DNA from: Fibrobacteria bacterium
GTDB lineage: Bacteria; Fibrobacterota; Fibrobacteria; UBA11236; JADFYW01
Reading direction: 5' to 3'
NCBI GenBank assembly: GCA_050294405.1
Contig: JBNKOC010000007.1
Span: 96,001 to 160,000 of the forward strand
DNA length: 64,000 nucleotides
Shown piece by piece: positions 20,449 through 30,575 of the stretch (positions within the stretch are counted from its first letter, which is position 1; each line of letters begins with the position of its first letter). The position numbers and the translations under genes were made by a program. The notes beneath the pieces are model-generated. The model was not told where the DNA came from, did no database searches, and saw nothing but the letters and a program-made list of their open reading frames with translations.

Positions 20449-20829
20449 TTATTTCTTTACAGGGGTTAAATGGGTCAACACACAAAACCATTCATTATTT
20501 TCTTTTTTATAAACATCTGTTACCCATTCGTCGGCCTCCAGGGGTTGTCCCTGCCAAGCCCCGGTATTTTGTCCACGACCAGTTACCAAGGCTATGTCAC
20601 CATACACTTTTACTCTCATAACTTCTTTCGTCATTGTGGAATGTGAAAGCAGTCCTTGTTCAAGCACATTGAAAAATCTTTCCTGGGGAATTATTCCGCC
20701 TTGACTGTCAATGAGAACCCAGTCGGATGTAATGCACTTTTTAATTTCTTCAACACTATTGGAAATTACCGCAACATTGAAGTTGTCTTCAATTTTTTGA
20801 AAATATTTTTTTAATTCTTCTTCCGTCAT
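20449..20829 (-). CDS. NTF2-like (DUF4440) protein
   Basis: [14 protein letters not shown]...TDVYKK...W. Confidence 0.8.
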   Translation of the reverse strand: MTEEELKKYFQKIEDNFNVAVISNSVEEIKKCITSDWVLIDSQGGIIPQERFFNVLEQGLLSHSTMTKEVMRVKVYGDIALVTGRGQNTGAWQGQPLEADEWVTDVYKKENNEWFCVLTHLTPVKK

Positions 20830-20866
20830 ATTTCACCTTTTCTACAACTTTACCACAAGTTGCATT

Positions 20867-21172
20867 TTATTTTTTAATTTCAAATGTATCCAGGACTTCA
20901 TAGCTGTTCATTGTTAGCGTTTGCGGGTCAAGGTATTTCGCAAATGCAAGAGCATCAGCATCCTGCATAAATGTTGCCTGTACATGTTCAACATCCTCTT
21001 TGCTTTCCCATAGGAAAATATCCATATAGCCTTCTTCAGTTTTGAGAAATTGGCGGCTGACAAGTCCTTTGCATCGCGCACAGTAATTTTTGTTAAACTC
21101 TTCAGAGGCTCGCATTAATTCCTTATGCGTGACTCCTTCCGCCGGTTTGTATGTAGTTGTTTCTATTATCAT
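20867..21172 (-). CDS. Small hypothetical protein (ABM-like dimeric alpha/beta barrel)
   Basis: GLVSRQFL...YMDIFLWES pattern. Confidence 0.55.
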   Translation of the reverse strand: MIIETTTYKPAEGVTHKELMRASEEFNKNYCARCKGLVSRQFLKTEEGYMDIFLWESKEDVEHVQATFMQDADALAFAKYLDPQTLTMNSYEVLDTFEIKK

Positions 21173-21237
21173 AATGTGTTTTTATCCCTATTTGACAGGT
21201 TCTAGTCTAATACCAAAAGAGTAGTCAACCCATATTT

Positions 21238-21663
21238 TTAAGACCGACTTTCGCCATTATCAAGGAGTTCACCTAACCTCGGAAGAACCACATCCCTCCA
21301 ACCCGGACCCATATTTTCAATTGCGTTCCGATCCTGTGGATTAGTGGGATCAAGGCCATGCTGCTCCAGATACAGCCTTGTACCATTGTCCTCTTCTTCA
21401 AGGCGCCAAGAAATGGTCCATTTATTAAATGAAAACAAAAGCTTTTTCTCAGGCTCAACCTCAAGCACCTTACAGGGTACCATCCCCCAGTTTCCCATAT
21501 CCAAGGTGAAATCATGGCCCACAGTCGGGGCAATATTACCTGCAGCCCACCAACGAGCCAAAAGTTTGGGCTCTGTTAAAGCTCGCCAAACCTTACTTCG
21601 TGAATGCGGATAGAACCGTTCAACTCGGATGGCCTCAGTCTTTTTATTCTCCGTTTTATCCAT
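21238..21663 (-). CDS. SRPBCC/AHSA1 domain protein
   Basis: KVWRALTEPKLLARWW, VLEVEPEKKL, GTRLYLEQHG, GW; paired with ArsR. Confidence 0.88.
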   Translation of the reverse strand: MDKTENKKTEAIRVERFYPHSRSKVWRALTEPKLLARWWAAGNIAPTVGHDFTLDMGNWGMVPCKVLEVEPEKKLLFSFNKWTISWRLEEEDNGTRLYLEQHGLDPTNPQDRNAIENMGPGWRDVVLPRLGELLDNGESRS

Positions 21664-21674
21664 ATAATATCTCC

Positions 21675-21998
21675 TTAAGTTTTAGGTTCTTTAATATCAT
21701 CGAGAACCTCGCCCAGAACATGCAGACGTTTACCCCAATACTGTCTAAACGGCTCTAACCAGTCATTAAATTCCTGAAATTTTTGCCGGGAAAGCTGATA
21801 ATGGCGTTTCCGCCCATTGGGGGTATCTTGTACTAGCTCAGCCTGACGAAGAATACCAAGGTGCTCTGAAACAGCTGGTCGGCTCAGTTCAAACTCTTGT
21901 GCCAATTCTCCCGCTGTTCGAGGCCCTTGAACCAAAATTTCCAGAAGTCGACGCCTGGTGGGGTTTGCTAACGCAGCAAATGCAAGATTCTCAACCAT
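21675..21998 (-). CDS. ArsR/SmtB family transcriptional regulator (probable start ATG 21998)
   Basis: FAALANPTRRRLLE, SRPAVSEHLGILRQAELV. Confidence 0.9.
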   Translation of the reverse strand: MVENLAFAALANPTRRRLLEILVQGPRTAGELAQEFELSRPAVSEHLGILRQAELVQDTPNGRKRHYQLSRQKFQEFNDWLEPFRQYWGKRLHVLGEVLDDIKEPKT

Positions 21999-22004
21999 AG
22001 CATA

Positions 22005-22045
22005 AATATACGTCGGAAATATCCGACACGTCAATATTTTCCGAC
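22005..22045 (-). promoter_or_regulatory. Sigma70-like promoter of the arsR-SRPBCC pair with palindromic operator
   Basis: Minus strand TTGACG (22034-22029) N18 TATATT (22010-22005); perfect inverted repeat GTCGGA-aata-TCCGAC (22012-22027) between them; extra half-site at 22040-22045. Confidence 0.65.
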
Positions 22046-22124
22046 ATATTTTTCCCTTTTACCCTAAAATTGCGATTTTTCGGGCCGAATATTTTCACCT
22101 GTGGTAAATTAGCCCGCATAGTGT

Positions 22125-23033
22125 TTATGCAATCCTGGCTGTAGCCATTTCTATCCTGTCGTGGATTTTATACTCCAAACTCAACTCCTTCATTTTTTTA
22201 TAAAATGCTTTTTTGTAATATCCCGGCATTTCAGAGCTATTTTGAAAATACTTTTGGTATTTAGTTTCTAGTTCAGGAAAATGAGTCTTTATTGCCTTCA
22301 TCACCAGTGTTTTACTGTCAGCTTCCCCATTGCCAAACAAGGTTAAACTGGCAGGGAGTATATAGTTAACATTTAGAGCAGAAAAAGTTTTGAACAAGCG
22401 TTCCAAATGCTCTGTTGTATCTGAAATGAATGGCAACAATGGCATTAAGCTGATACCTGTATGAAATTTTTCCGTTATGGTTTTCTCCACTGCTTGCAGT
22501 CGCAAAGAGGGTGGCGTTGCACCTTTTTCAAATATTTTAGCTAGGGCATCATCAAGGGTGGAAAAGGAAAATGAAGCGATTACCCCTCTGCCCAATGTTT
22601 TGTTTAGGTCCTTTGGCAAAACCGCATTTTCATCTATTTGGTGAAGTACATCAAAATCCCGCTCAATTAAATCTGACTTTGTAATGATGTGAACTGGAAA
22701 TTTATGTTTGGCAATAACCTTCAATGCCTGTCGCGTCATTTCATATTTTTTCTCAACTTGCAAATAGGGGTCGGTAGCCGAGGAAAGCACAATAAAGCCG
22801 TATTGCTGTTTCTTAGCTCGGTTAAAAAGTTGTCTATCGAGAACCTCAATGGCATTTGTTTTTATACTTAAACTTTTTTCAAGATTCGTACCGTATTTGC
22901 TACCTCTGATATAACAATACAGACAATTAAAAGAACAACTACTATATAAATTCAATGTATAGTCATCCAAAAACCAAGGGTCTCTCCGTTTTGTTTTATT
23001 TAATACGGATTTTACTTCAATTTCCCTTAGCAT
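22125..23033 (-). CDS. Radical SAM protein, SplB/Rv2578c-like
   Basis: NLYSSCSFNCLYCY (CX3CX2C), LSSATDPY, ITKSDLIERD. Confidence 0.88.
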   Translation of the reverse strand: MLREIEVKSVLNKTKRRDPWFLDDYTLNLYSSCSFNCLYCYIRGSKYGTNLEKSLSIKTNAIEVLDRQLFNRAKKQQYGFIVLSSATDPYLQVEKKYEMTRQALKVIAKHKFPVHIITKSDLIERDFDVLHQIDENAVLPKDLNKTLGRGVIASFSFSTLDDALAKIFEKGATPPSLRLQAVEKTITEKFHTGISLMPLLPFISDTTEHLERLFKTFSALNVNYILPASLTLFGNGEADSKTLVMKAIKTHFPELETKYQKYFQNSSEMPGYYKKAFYKKMKELSLEYKIHDRIEMATARIA

Positions 23034-23068
23034 AGTTGCAGCACTATGTATTGAATTTTAGTGATTCC

Positions 23069-23461
23069 TTAAGGATTCGGTATCGGTTCAATAGTCAGTT
23101 TACGTTCTTCTTTGTCCAGATAGGTTACTGTCATTTCAATCATATGGGTTGTCCATTTTTCAACTCCTGCCTCTGAGGCATGTTGGCAAAACGTCAGGTA
23201 ATCCGTCTGCCCTTGTTGATGGATTGAAATTGCATGTTTCAGTTTATCCGCTGAACTTATGTTATTCACTTCCATTTTTGGATATTTTGATTTTCCTTCA
23301 AGCATAAAACCATTCTTTCCATAATATTTTGTTCGTCCGTCTGATACAAAGTTGTCGTAGTGTGTTACTCCTATTTTTTTTAAATCTTGGACAAATTGAG
23401 GAAAGTCCCCGCCACTTTTAACTTTCCCGAACGCTTCGTGTATTTGTTCTATTGTAAACAT
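23069..23461 (-). CDS. DUF1398 family protein
   Basis: KVKSGGDFPQFVQDLK, HQQGQTDYLTFC, AGVEKW. Confidence 0.85.
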   Translation of the reverse strand: MFTIEQIHEAFGKVKSGGDFPQFVQDLKKIGVTHYDNFVSDGRTKYYGKNGFMLEGKSKYPKMEVNNISSADKLKHAISIHQQGQTDYLTFCQHASEAGVEKWTTHMIEMTVTYLDKEERKLTIEPIPNP

Positions 23462-23464
23462 ATT

Positions 23465-25051
23465 TTATTGCCTTTCTTTATATTCAAAATAATCAAAGTC
23501 TGCGAATTTTGCTCTTCCTAATAAATCCTGACAGCAAATTCCAACAAAAGAACCGGTAAAATGGGCACCGGCGCCAAATTCTTCAAATTCATCAGAAAGA
23601 GTGCTGTAATCATAGGTTGGCCCCAATTGTCCCCAGTCTATTCCATTTGCCGAATGGTAAAACACAAGTTTGTCATAATCAACCTGGGCTTTTAAATAAT
23701 AGAGGCCTTCGTTTGGAATACTTAATTTTTCATCCAAAAGAAATTCTGCAACGGCATTTTTACTCGAAATAATATCAATACAACGTCCTTTATCTTCTTC
23801 CCAAGTAATATAGATGTAATAAAAATTACGGTTGTCATACATACAAATTAATCCGGCCATATGCTGAAATGTATTTGGCTGAAAATCTAGACATGTTTCT
23901 GCGGTATAAAAGAACGATTGCTGTCTTCTTGCTATTAAAGCCTGAGTATGATGTGAGTTTAGCGATTCCTTCCCTTTCAGCCGTAGGAATCCAGGCCTTT
24001 CGGTTAACGAAAAAGTATCTTCACCAAGTTTTTTTCTAAGAAACTGGAAATTAATATTCAGCTTATCGCTGTTAAAGTCATCACGTGCCGTTTCTTTATC
24101 CCACTGGTGTAATGCTAAGTTTGGAGCGGGTACTTCCTCCTGAGGTTCATTTCCGCCACATGCTAACCTCAACCAGCCATCGTCAGTCCAAGCCATTTTT
24201 TGAATGCCGGTTTCTCTTCCCATGGTACACCTTCCTCTTGAAGGGATATGCCTTCCGCATAAATGAGCCATGTACCATTCCCCATTTTGCGTTTCAACCA
24301 GGGAAGCGTGACCTGCTCTCTGAAGTTTAAGCTCAGGATTGTTGAATGAAGTTAAAATAGGATTCTGCGGGTCAACCTCATAGGGACCCAATATGTTTTC
24401 AGACCTGGCCATGGTTACCGAATGCCTTAGTTCTGTTCCCCCCTCGGCTGTCAATAGGTAATAATAACCATTGTGCTTATATAAATGAGGGCCTTCTACC
24501 AATGCTATTTCTGTGCCTTTAAAAACATTGCTAACAGGGCCAATCAATTTCTTTTCTCTTTCGGAATATTCTTGCAGTAATATACCTCCAAATGGATGTT
24601 TATTTTTCCGGTGATCCCAAATCACATTTAGCAGCCATTTTTTTCCATCTGTATCGTGAAATAAGGAAGGGTCAAAACCTGAGCTATTCAAATAAATGGG
24701 ATCAGACCATTCTCCGGTAATATCATCGGTTGTCACGAGATAATTATTCACATCTTTAAATTCGCTGCGGAAGGTTTTCACATCGGTATAAATCAGGTAA
24801 AATTTGCCCTTGCTGTAACTGAGACAAGGTGCCCAGATTCCACATGAATTGGGAGTTCCGGTCAAATCGAGTTGAGCGGTTCTGTTTAAAGGACGTGTTA
24901 TAAGCTTCCAATTTATAAGATCTTTAGAATGATGAATCTGCACACCGGGAAACCATTCGAAAGTGGAAGTGGCGATATAAAAGTCCTCATTGACCCTGAG
25001 GATAGAGGGATCGGGATTAAAACCTGGAATAATAGGATTTTTGATTTTCAT
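23465..25051 (-). CDS. GH43 beta-xylosidase (XynB-like); probable start ATG 25051
   Basis: NPIIPGFNPDPSI, ATSTFEWFPG, WAP, GFDPSLF, EGPHLYK, C-terminal FTGSFVG...ADFDYF. Confidence 0.92.
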   Translation of the reverse strand: MKIKNPIIPGFNPDPSILRVNEDFYIATSTFEWFPGVQIHHSKDLINWKLITRPLNRTAQLDLTGTPNSCGIWAPCLSYSKGKFYLIYTDVKTFRSEFKDVNNYLVTTDDITGEWSDPIYLNSSGFDPSLFHDTDGKKWLLNVIWDHRKNKHPFGGILLQEYSEREKKLIGPVSNVFKGTEIALVEGPHLYKHNGYYYLLTAEGGTELRHSVTMARSENILGPYEVDPQNPILTSFNNPELKLQRAGHASLVETQNGEWYMAHLCGRHIPSRGRCTMGRETGIQKMAWTDDGWLRLACGGNEPQEEVPAPNLALHQWDKETARDDFNSDKLNINFQFLRKKLGEDTFSLTERPGFLRLKGKESLNSHHTQALIARRQQSFFYTAETCLDFQPNTFQHMAGLICMYDNRNFYYIYITWEEDKGRCIDIISSKNAVAEFLLDEKLSIPNEGLYYLKAQVDYDKLVFYHSANGIDWGQLGPTYDYSTLSDEFEEFGAGAHFTGSFVGICCQDLLGRAKFADFDYFEYKERQ

Positions 25052-25164
25052 GGAGAGTTTTCGCAATCAGGGTTTGAAACAATTTTTGTCATGTGGTTGA
25101 ACTCCTAGTGGATGTTTGTTGCTAATGGTTTTCCTACTTAGCCATTTTCCACCTTAACTTTTGT

Positions 25165-25575
25165 TTAAGGCTCGATATTGCTTACCAACCTTTTTAAGGT
25201 ATCATAGGTTATCTGGTATTCCTTTTCAGAAATTCCATCCATGCTTCTATTCCTAAATATATTTTGCCGTTCAAAACATTGGTGATGAATTTCGAGTCCT
25301 TTTTGTGTCAGCTTTAATTTTGAGTTTTGCCCATCTAATATTTTTTCGTTCATTAAATTATTCAATATTTTTTGGACAAGTAACTCATCTGCAAATGGTT
25401 GCATGATGTTTAATAATTCTGTTTTAGAAATCTCATTATTTTCTTTTAAGCAATTTAATATCTGCCAATCAGTTCTTGTTAACCCGAATTGAGCATGTAT
25501 TTCATTAATACCTTTGGTCAGTGTTTCATCTGCTCGTTTTATCCAATACCCTATTGGCAAATTTTTCTGTTTCAT
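25165..25575 (-). CDS. MarR-like winged-helix regulator
   Basis: PIGYW, GLTRTDWQILN, LKLTQKG. Confidence 0.75.
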   Translation of the reverse strand: MKQKNLPIGYWIKRADETLTKGINEIHAQFGLTRTDWQILNCLKENNEISKTELLNIMQPFADELLVQKILNNLMNEKILDGQNSKLKLTQKGLEIHHQCFERQNIFRNRSMDGISEKEYQITYDTLKRLVSNIEP

Positions 25576-25578
25576 TTT

Positions 25579-25923
25579 TTAATTTTTCCAATACATGTTA
25601 TCCGTTTCTAGTTCTTCGAAGATCATATCTTGAAGCGTCTTTAATTCCTTCTTGTAATTTATATTTTCTTTTTCCGTTTTCTTAAACTCGGATAAAACCT
25701 CAAAAACAAATTTGTTTTCCCCATATTGATTCCAATCTTTTTGTAAGTCCTTGTTTCTATGGTTTCCAAATTTGAGTTCCATTTTATGACGATTCCACTT
25801 TGATTTCATATCAACGCTGTTATCAATAAAGAATTTTTCATTCACAATACATTTTATTTGAAAAACTCCCATAGGAAATTCCATTTGTTTGTATTCGTCC
25901 TTAAGCTCTTTCTTTGTCTTCAT
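25579..25923 (-). CDS. GIY-YIG nuclease-like small protein
   Basis: MGVFQIKC, WNRHKMELKFGNHRNKDLQKDWNQYG..FVFEVL. Confidence 0.75.
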   Translation of the reverse strand: MKTKKELKDEYKQMEFPMGVFQIKCIVNEKFFIDNSVDMKSKWNRHKMELKFGNHRNKDLQKDWNQYGENKFVFEVLSEFKKTEKENINYKKELKTLQDMIFEELETDNMYWKN

Positions 25924-25995
25924 TTATGTAAATCCTAATTGTTTCAAAACTGTTTTTCTGTGGAAAATTTGAGTATGACCATTTATAAGCACTAT

Positions 25996-26586
25996 CTATT
26001 TTTTCTTTATATCCAATATTATTGCAGCTGAGAAAATTTCCTGATATTTTTTCGATTGAAGGTTGAAATCTTTTGCTTTTATTTTATTAAATGATATTTT
26101 GGCAAAAGATTCCGATTTATCAGGTTGAGTTATTTTGCCTGTAGAGCTGCTTTTTTTCAAAACCTGGATTGCCTTTGCTTCCGGACTGTATTGTTTACCA
26201 TTTGCAGTTATAGTAGCTTTGGGCAAAAAACGAATCCCGGTTTTTTTTGCCATAAAATAGCTACTGAATGTTGTGGAGTAATTACGAACTACCTCCCCAT
26301 TTTTAATTGTTGTACTTTGAGAAGATGATTTGGTTGGCTTTTTTACAACCGAGAAGTTTTCACTTGGCTCTTTAAATTCTAGAAGCTCTGCTTTTTGGTT
26401 TATGGTATATTTTACCACGAACTCCTCGCCGAATCGAATTTCATCTGGAACATCAATATTAATTTGACTCTGACCTTGAGCTAATAGTTTGGTAAGAAAA
26501 CAGAAGGTGGTTAGTAATATTGTTATGTTGTTTTTCATAGTGTTTAATTTAATATTCTTTGTGTTATTGTAACTCATAATTCTCAA
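25996..26586 (-). CDS. BatD-like N-terminal Ig-fold exported protein, possibly truncated
   Basis: Signal peptide, GEEFVVKYTIN, SSSQSTTIKNG, ATITANGKQY. Confidence 0.55.
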   Translation of the reverse strand: MRIMSYNNTKNIKLNTMKNNITILLTTFCFLTKLLAQGQSQINIDVPDEIRFGEEFVVKYTINQKAELLEFKEPSENFSVVKKPTKSSSQSTTIKNGEVVRNYSTTFSSYFMAKKTGIRFLPKATITANGKQYSPEAKAIQVLKKSSSTGKITQPDKSESFAKISFNKIKAKDFNLQSKKYQEIFSAAIILDIKKK

Positions 26587-26767
26587 ATTGCAACAAATGT
26601 CACAAAAACGAAGTTAGCTTTGAGTGGAGGTAGCGCAGAATCTAGCCCTCACTGTATTGCTTTGGTAATCTCCACTTGGTGCTGTAAGCCCAGCTGGATT
26701 AACTTCAAATGAATGCTCCCCCCTATCTCGTGTTACGCCCAAGGAGTAAGAAACAACATTTTGAATG

Positions 26768-27220
26768 CTACTCTTCAAATTTAAATTCCGGTTCTCCCCC
26801 TATTAATTTCCGAAAAAATATTGCAGATTCCTCATATCCAATAGCTTTATAAAAATCAGATGCTCGTCTTGTTGCCAATCCAATCAATTTACCATTCTTG
26901 TTTTCTACCCATTTCTCAAATTCGCGCATTAATTTTTGTCCGACGCCCTGTCGCCTATAATCCTCACTTACCATAATTTCTTCAACCCAACCAACTCGTC
27001 CATTTGCATAAAATGAATAATGTTCAAATCCTAATAAATATCCAATAACTCGAGTCCTATCAATTGCTAGAAATATTTTAGAAGAATCAGATTTCATCAA
27101 ATAATCAAATGATTCATTAAATTTCACCTGTACTGGGTTAAAGGATGTTGCGAATCTTTTAACCAATTCAAATATTTGAATTTTATCGTTTTCTTCAGCT
27201 TGACGTATTTGAAGACTCAT
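26768..27220 (-). CDS. GNAT acetyltransferase
   Basis: VEEIMVSEDYRRQGVGQKL, FYKAIGY. Confidence 0.88.
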   Translation of the reverse strand: MSLQIRQAEENDKIQIFELVKRFATSFNPVQVKFNESFDYLMKSDSSKIFLAIDRTRVIGYLLGFEHYSFYANGRVGWVEEIMVSEDYRRQGVGQKLMREFEKWVENKNGKLIGLATRRASDFYKAIGYEESAIFFRKLIGGEPEFKFEE

Positions 27221-27267
27221 AAATCAACAATCGTTTAGTGTGGTTTTTATCAGTAGCCATATAGTAT

Positions 27268-27897
27268 TTATGATATCCAAGTTAGAAGAGAATTAATTAT
27301 GGTCCAGGAACCATTTTCTTTCCTAAGCCATATAAAGTTTCCTCCGCCCCCCAAACTCCCATAGGAGTAATCTATTTCAAAAACAGCTTGTGTTTTATCC
27401 TCATTAAAAGCAATTCTCGAAAGCCAAATTATGCCATTTGCATTTTCATAGTCGTTATAAAATTCCTCCCAATCGGCATCTAAATCTTGGCGGTCAAAAA
27501 TGTTTGATAATTTTTCTGATGTTATCAAAATAATTTCTTTTGATTCAAAATGAAAATATTTTCCAAAATGCACCGAATCTTTATTTAATTCTTCATGGGC
27601 TTTAACTAAGGTTGTGTCAAATTCTGGGTAATTTTCAATTAGATACTCATAGTATTGGCTCCCATAACTTAAGCCAATATTTTTTTTTGTAGCTTGTACG
27701 ATAACAATTTTTTCAGAAGAATATTTTTCTTCAATAACTAAAGAATAAATATTATAATTCTCTTCTGAAATTACATCTGCTTGCTCTAATGGAAATTCTG
27801 GTCCACTTCCCCTATCCCCCATGTTACAGCTTTGGATTAATAATCCTACCACAAAGAAAAGGAATGTATATAAAAATGGCCTCTTTTTCATAAACAT
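27268..27897 (-). CDS. Hypothetical lipoprotein
   Basis: Lipobox-like LIQSC after a hydrophobic stretch; C-terminal SRIAFN..KT.A...G.LGG.G. Confidence 0.65.
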   Translation of the reverse strand: MFMKKRPFLYTFLFFVVGLLIQSCNMGDRGSGPEFPLEQADVISEENYNIYSLVIEEKYSSEKIVIVQATKKNIGLSYGSQYYEYLIENYPEFDTTLVKAHEELNKDSVHFGKYFHFESKEIILITSEKLSNIFDRQDLDADWEEFYNDYENANGIIWLSRIAFNEDKTQAVFEIDYSYGSLGGGGNFIWLRKENGSWTIINSLLTWIS

Positions 27898-27909
27898 AAT
27901 TTAAAACAT

Positions 27910-28485
27910 TTATTCAATAACCTTAATGTTATAAGAATGCAACAGACCGGGTAAACCTTTGAGCCCAAATTTTGCGTTTTTTATTCTGTTAAGATTGGGA
28001 TCAATTATGTAGTTAATAGATTTTGTAAAGTCGGCCTTTTCTAAATTTACATTTTCAAAAATAGCGTCTAAGAAATCACAATTAGGAAAAACAAAATTAG
28101 ACAAGTTGCAATCTGTAAAATCTACACCGTGTAATTGACAATTGCTAAATACAGAACCCTTTAAATTCATTTTAAAAAATGTGGAATTACTTAAATTGCA
28201 GCCATTAAAAATTACGGAAAAGCTTAAATCATTGCAGGTTTCAAAATTAACTCCCAAAATTTTCGAATTTAAAAAACATACATCTTGAAAGGAGCTGTGT
28301 TCAACCTTTACCAGGGATAGATTGCAATCCTCGAAATTCGAATCTGAAAATTTACAATTGGATAAGTCCAATTTTGAAAAACCACAACCCACAAATGTGC
28401 AGTTCTCATATTCCCCTACTTCAAAAGGAGAAGATGTGAAATCAATATTCTCAAATCTTTTTCCTTCTATGTAAGAATTATCCAT
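27910..28485 (-). CDS. Pentapeptide-repeat protein
   Basis: Repeating (F/L)xxCx(F/L) pentapeptides throughout. Confidence 0.88.
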   Translation of the reverse strand: MDNSYIEGKRFENIDFTSSPFEVGEYENCTFVGCGFSKLDLSNCKFSDSNFEDCNLSLVKVEHSSFQDVCFLNSKILGVNFETCNDLSFSVIFNGCNLSNSTFFKMNLKGSVFSNCQLHGVDFTDCNLSNFVFPNCDFLDAIFENVNLEKADFTKSINYIIDPNLNRIKNAKFGLKGLPGLLHSYNIKVIE

Positions 28486-28525
28486 TAGTGTAAAGTATAA
28501 ATAATCTGCTTAGTACCGGCCTAAA

Positions 28526-28918
28526 TTATTTCTTTGCCGGCTCCCAAAGCTCAATTGGATTTCCTTCGGGATCATGAATACGGGCGAATGTTCCTATTTC
28601 TGGCATAGAATTCCACTCGTCTTTTTGTATAACTTCAGTCCCCTTTTCCTGTAGTTCTGCAATTAATTTTTTTAGGTCCATCACTCGGAAGTTAATCATC
28701 CATTCTTTTTTATCGTTGAAATAATCAGAGTTTTGAGGAAAGGGCTCAAAAACAGTTGCCCCTGCCTGTTGCATCCAAACCATATCTTGAATATCTATAC
28801 CAAGCGTGTTGATATACCAGTCTTTTAATTCTTTAGGATTTTTGGAACGGAAAAAAAAGCCGCCTATTCCAGTTATGTTTTTAGATTTTGACATATTATT
28901 CTCCTTAATGTTTGGCAA
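28526..28918 (-). CDS. VOC/glyoxalase protein
   Basis: TGIGGFFFRS, MINFRV.DL, DPEGNPIELWEP. Confidence 0.88.
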   Translation of the reverse strand: MPNIKENNMSKSKNITGIGGFFFRSKNPKELKDWYINTLGIDIQDMVWMQQAGATVFEPFPQNSDYFNDKKEWMINFRVMDLKKLIAELQEKGTEVIQKDEWNSMPEIGTFARIHDPEGNPIELWEPAKK

Positions 28919-28992
28919 TAAAAAAAACTATTGCTTATGTGATTGATCAGGCTATCATCTTTTTAATCACACATTGGGTTTGCATAAATGGA

Positions 28993-30447
28993 TTATGTAC
29001 CACAAAAGGTCTGGTGAGAACGGTCTTTATCTATTGGGGTATCCTGGTAGTCAGATGTGCCTGGTATCTCTTTATAAGGGCTTTTCAGCACCTTAAGAAT
29101 TTTAAGGGCTGAATCGGGACTGCCCGTGTCTTGACAAGTTTTAAGGACGGCTTCTATATGGTGGTTTCGGGGAATAACCACTGGGTTTGCCTGCCGCATG
29201 CGCTTATAAATATCTTCCGGCTCGTTTTTCTGGTTTGTGATTTTATCACGCCAGCTATCATAAAATCCTTTCAGTTCGGTTTTTAATTCCAGTACAGGTT
29301 CTTCTGCTTCAAGTGAACGCGTGAGCTTGTCAAAAGTTTGGGTAAAATCCATTTGAGAAAGTTTCATATGCTCTAGAAATTCATGCATAAACTTAACTGT
29401 GTCTGGGTGGCTGCTGTCCAGGCCAAATTTTTGGGAAAGCATTTTTGTATAAGCTCTCTCAAATTTTTCTGCAAAGCCAGCATATAAAGAACGTACGCTT
29501 TCAATGGTTTTTGAATCGTCGGGTTTAACCAGCAACATCAAACTTTGAGCTAACTGTCCCATGTTCCACTTTGCGATATTAGGTTGGTTACCGTAGGCAT
29601 ATCGGCCATAGCGATCAATGGAACTAAATACCGTTTGTGGATCGTAATGCCCCATCATGGCACAAGGGCCGTAGTCTATGGTATCTCCCGAAATAGTGGT
29701 ATTATCCGTATTCATTACCCCATGAATAAACCCCACTCTCATCCACTCCACTATTAATTTGATTTGCTTCTCGAATACATGTTCTAAAAATAAAACAATT
29801 CTATTCCCCTCTTGGTTATTGATGGCAGGGTAATGACGCTCTATACTGTAATCTAATAAGTTTTGCAAAGCCTCACTATTTTCTTGTGCGCTAAAGTATT
29901 CAAAGCTACCCACTCGTAAATGGCTACTGGCCACTCGGGTAACCACAGCACCGGACAACACAATGTCCCGATAGACATCTTCCCCGGTAGTTACCACCGC
30001 CAAACAACGAGACGTAGGCACGCCCAGTGCCGCCATGGCCTCACTCATAATATATTCACGAATAGCGGGTCCCAATGCACAGCGCCCATCGCCCCCTCGG
30101 GAAAAATGCGTGGGGCCTGATCCTTTGAGCTGTATGTCGAACCGACCACCCGTTTTATCCAATACTTCGCCCAGCAAATGGGCTCGCCCATCCCCCAGTT
30201 GGGGAACAAAATTACCAAATTGATGCCCGGCATAGGCCAGGGCCACCGGTTCCGATCCTGCTAGGGGTTCATTGCCGGAAAATATCCGGGCTAGGGCGCT
30301 TACATCATTTTGTAATGGCTGGGGGATTAATAACTCATCGGCAAGAGGACTATTCCACAAAAACAGTGCAGGACTCTCTACCGGAACAGGAAAGGTTCGC
30401 TGGTAAAATACTTCGCCCAAGTCTAAATAGCTGTTTACAAATTGCAT
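28993..30447 (-). CDS. selO: Protein adenylyltransferase SelO (YdiU)
   Basis: AYAGHQFG, LGDGRA, QLKGSG.T..SRGGDGR, GFIHGVMNTDN, IDYGP, C-terminal TFCGT. Confidence 0.95.
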   Translation of the reverse strand: MQFVNSYLDLGEVFYQRTFPVPVESPALFLWNSPLADELLIPQPLQNDVSALARIFSGNEPLAGSEPVALAYAGHQFGNFVPQLGDGRAHLLGEVLDKTGGRFDIQLKGSGPTHFSRGGDGRCALGPAIREYIMSEAMAALGVPTSRCLAVVTTGEDVYRDIVLSGAVVTRVASSHLRVGSFEYFSAQENSEALQNLLDYSIERHYPAINNQEGNRIVLFLEHVFEKQIKLIVEWMRVGFIHGVMNTDNTTISGDTIDYGPCAMMGHYDPQTVFSSIDRYGRYAYGNQPNIAKWNMGQLAQSLMLLVKPDDSKTIESVRSLYAGFAEKFERAYTKMLSQKFGLDSSHPDTVKFMHEFLEHMKLSQMDFTQTFDKLTRSLEAEEPVLELKTELKGFYDSWRDKITNQKNEPEDIYKRMRQANPVVIPRNHHIEAVLKTCQDTGSPDSALKILKVLKSPYKEIPGTSDYQDTPIDKDRSHQTFCGT

Positions 30448-30575
30448 GTCAGTATTATAGCTAACTACCCATATTTAACCAACTTCAGCACACTGGTGGC
30501 TGTGTAGTCCTCCATTAGCCTTATCTTACATATGGCCATTGTTGTGTGCTGGCTTTATTTTGTTCAACTTTATTT

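Noticed and set aside
27910..28485. Calling the pentapeptide protein Qnr/MfpA (quinolone resistance)
   Set aside because: The repeat pattern alone does not establish that function
28993..29010. Selenocysteine in SelO
   Set aside because: The gene ends TFCGT followed by TAA; there is no in-frame TGA
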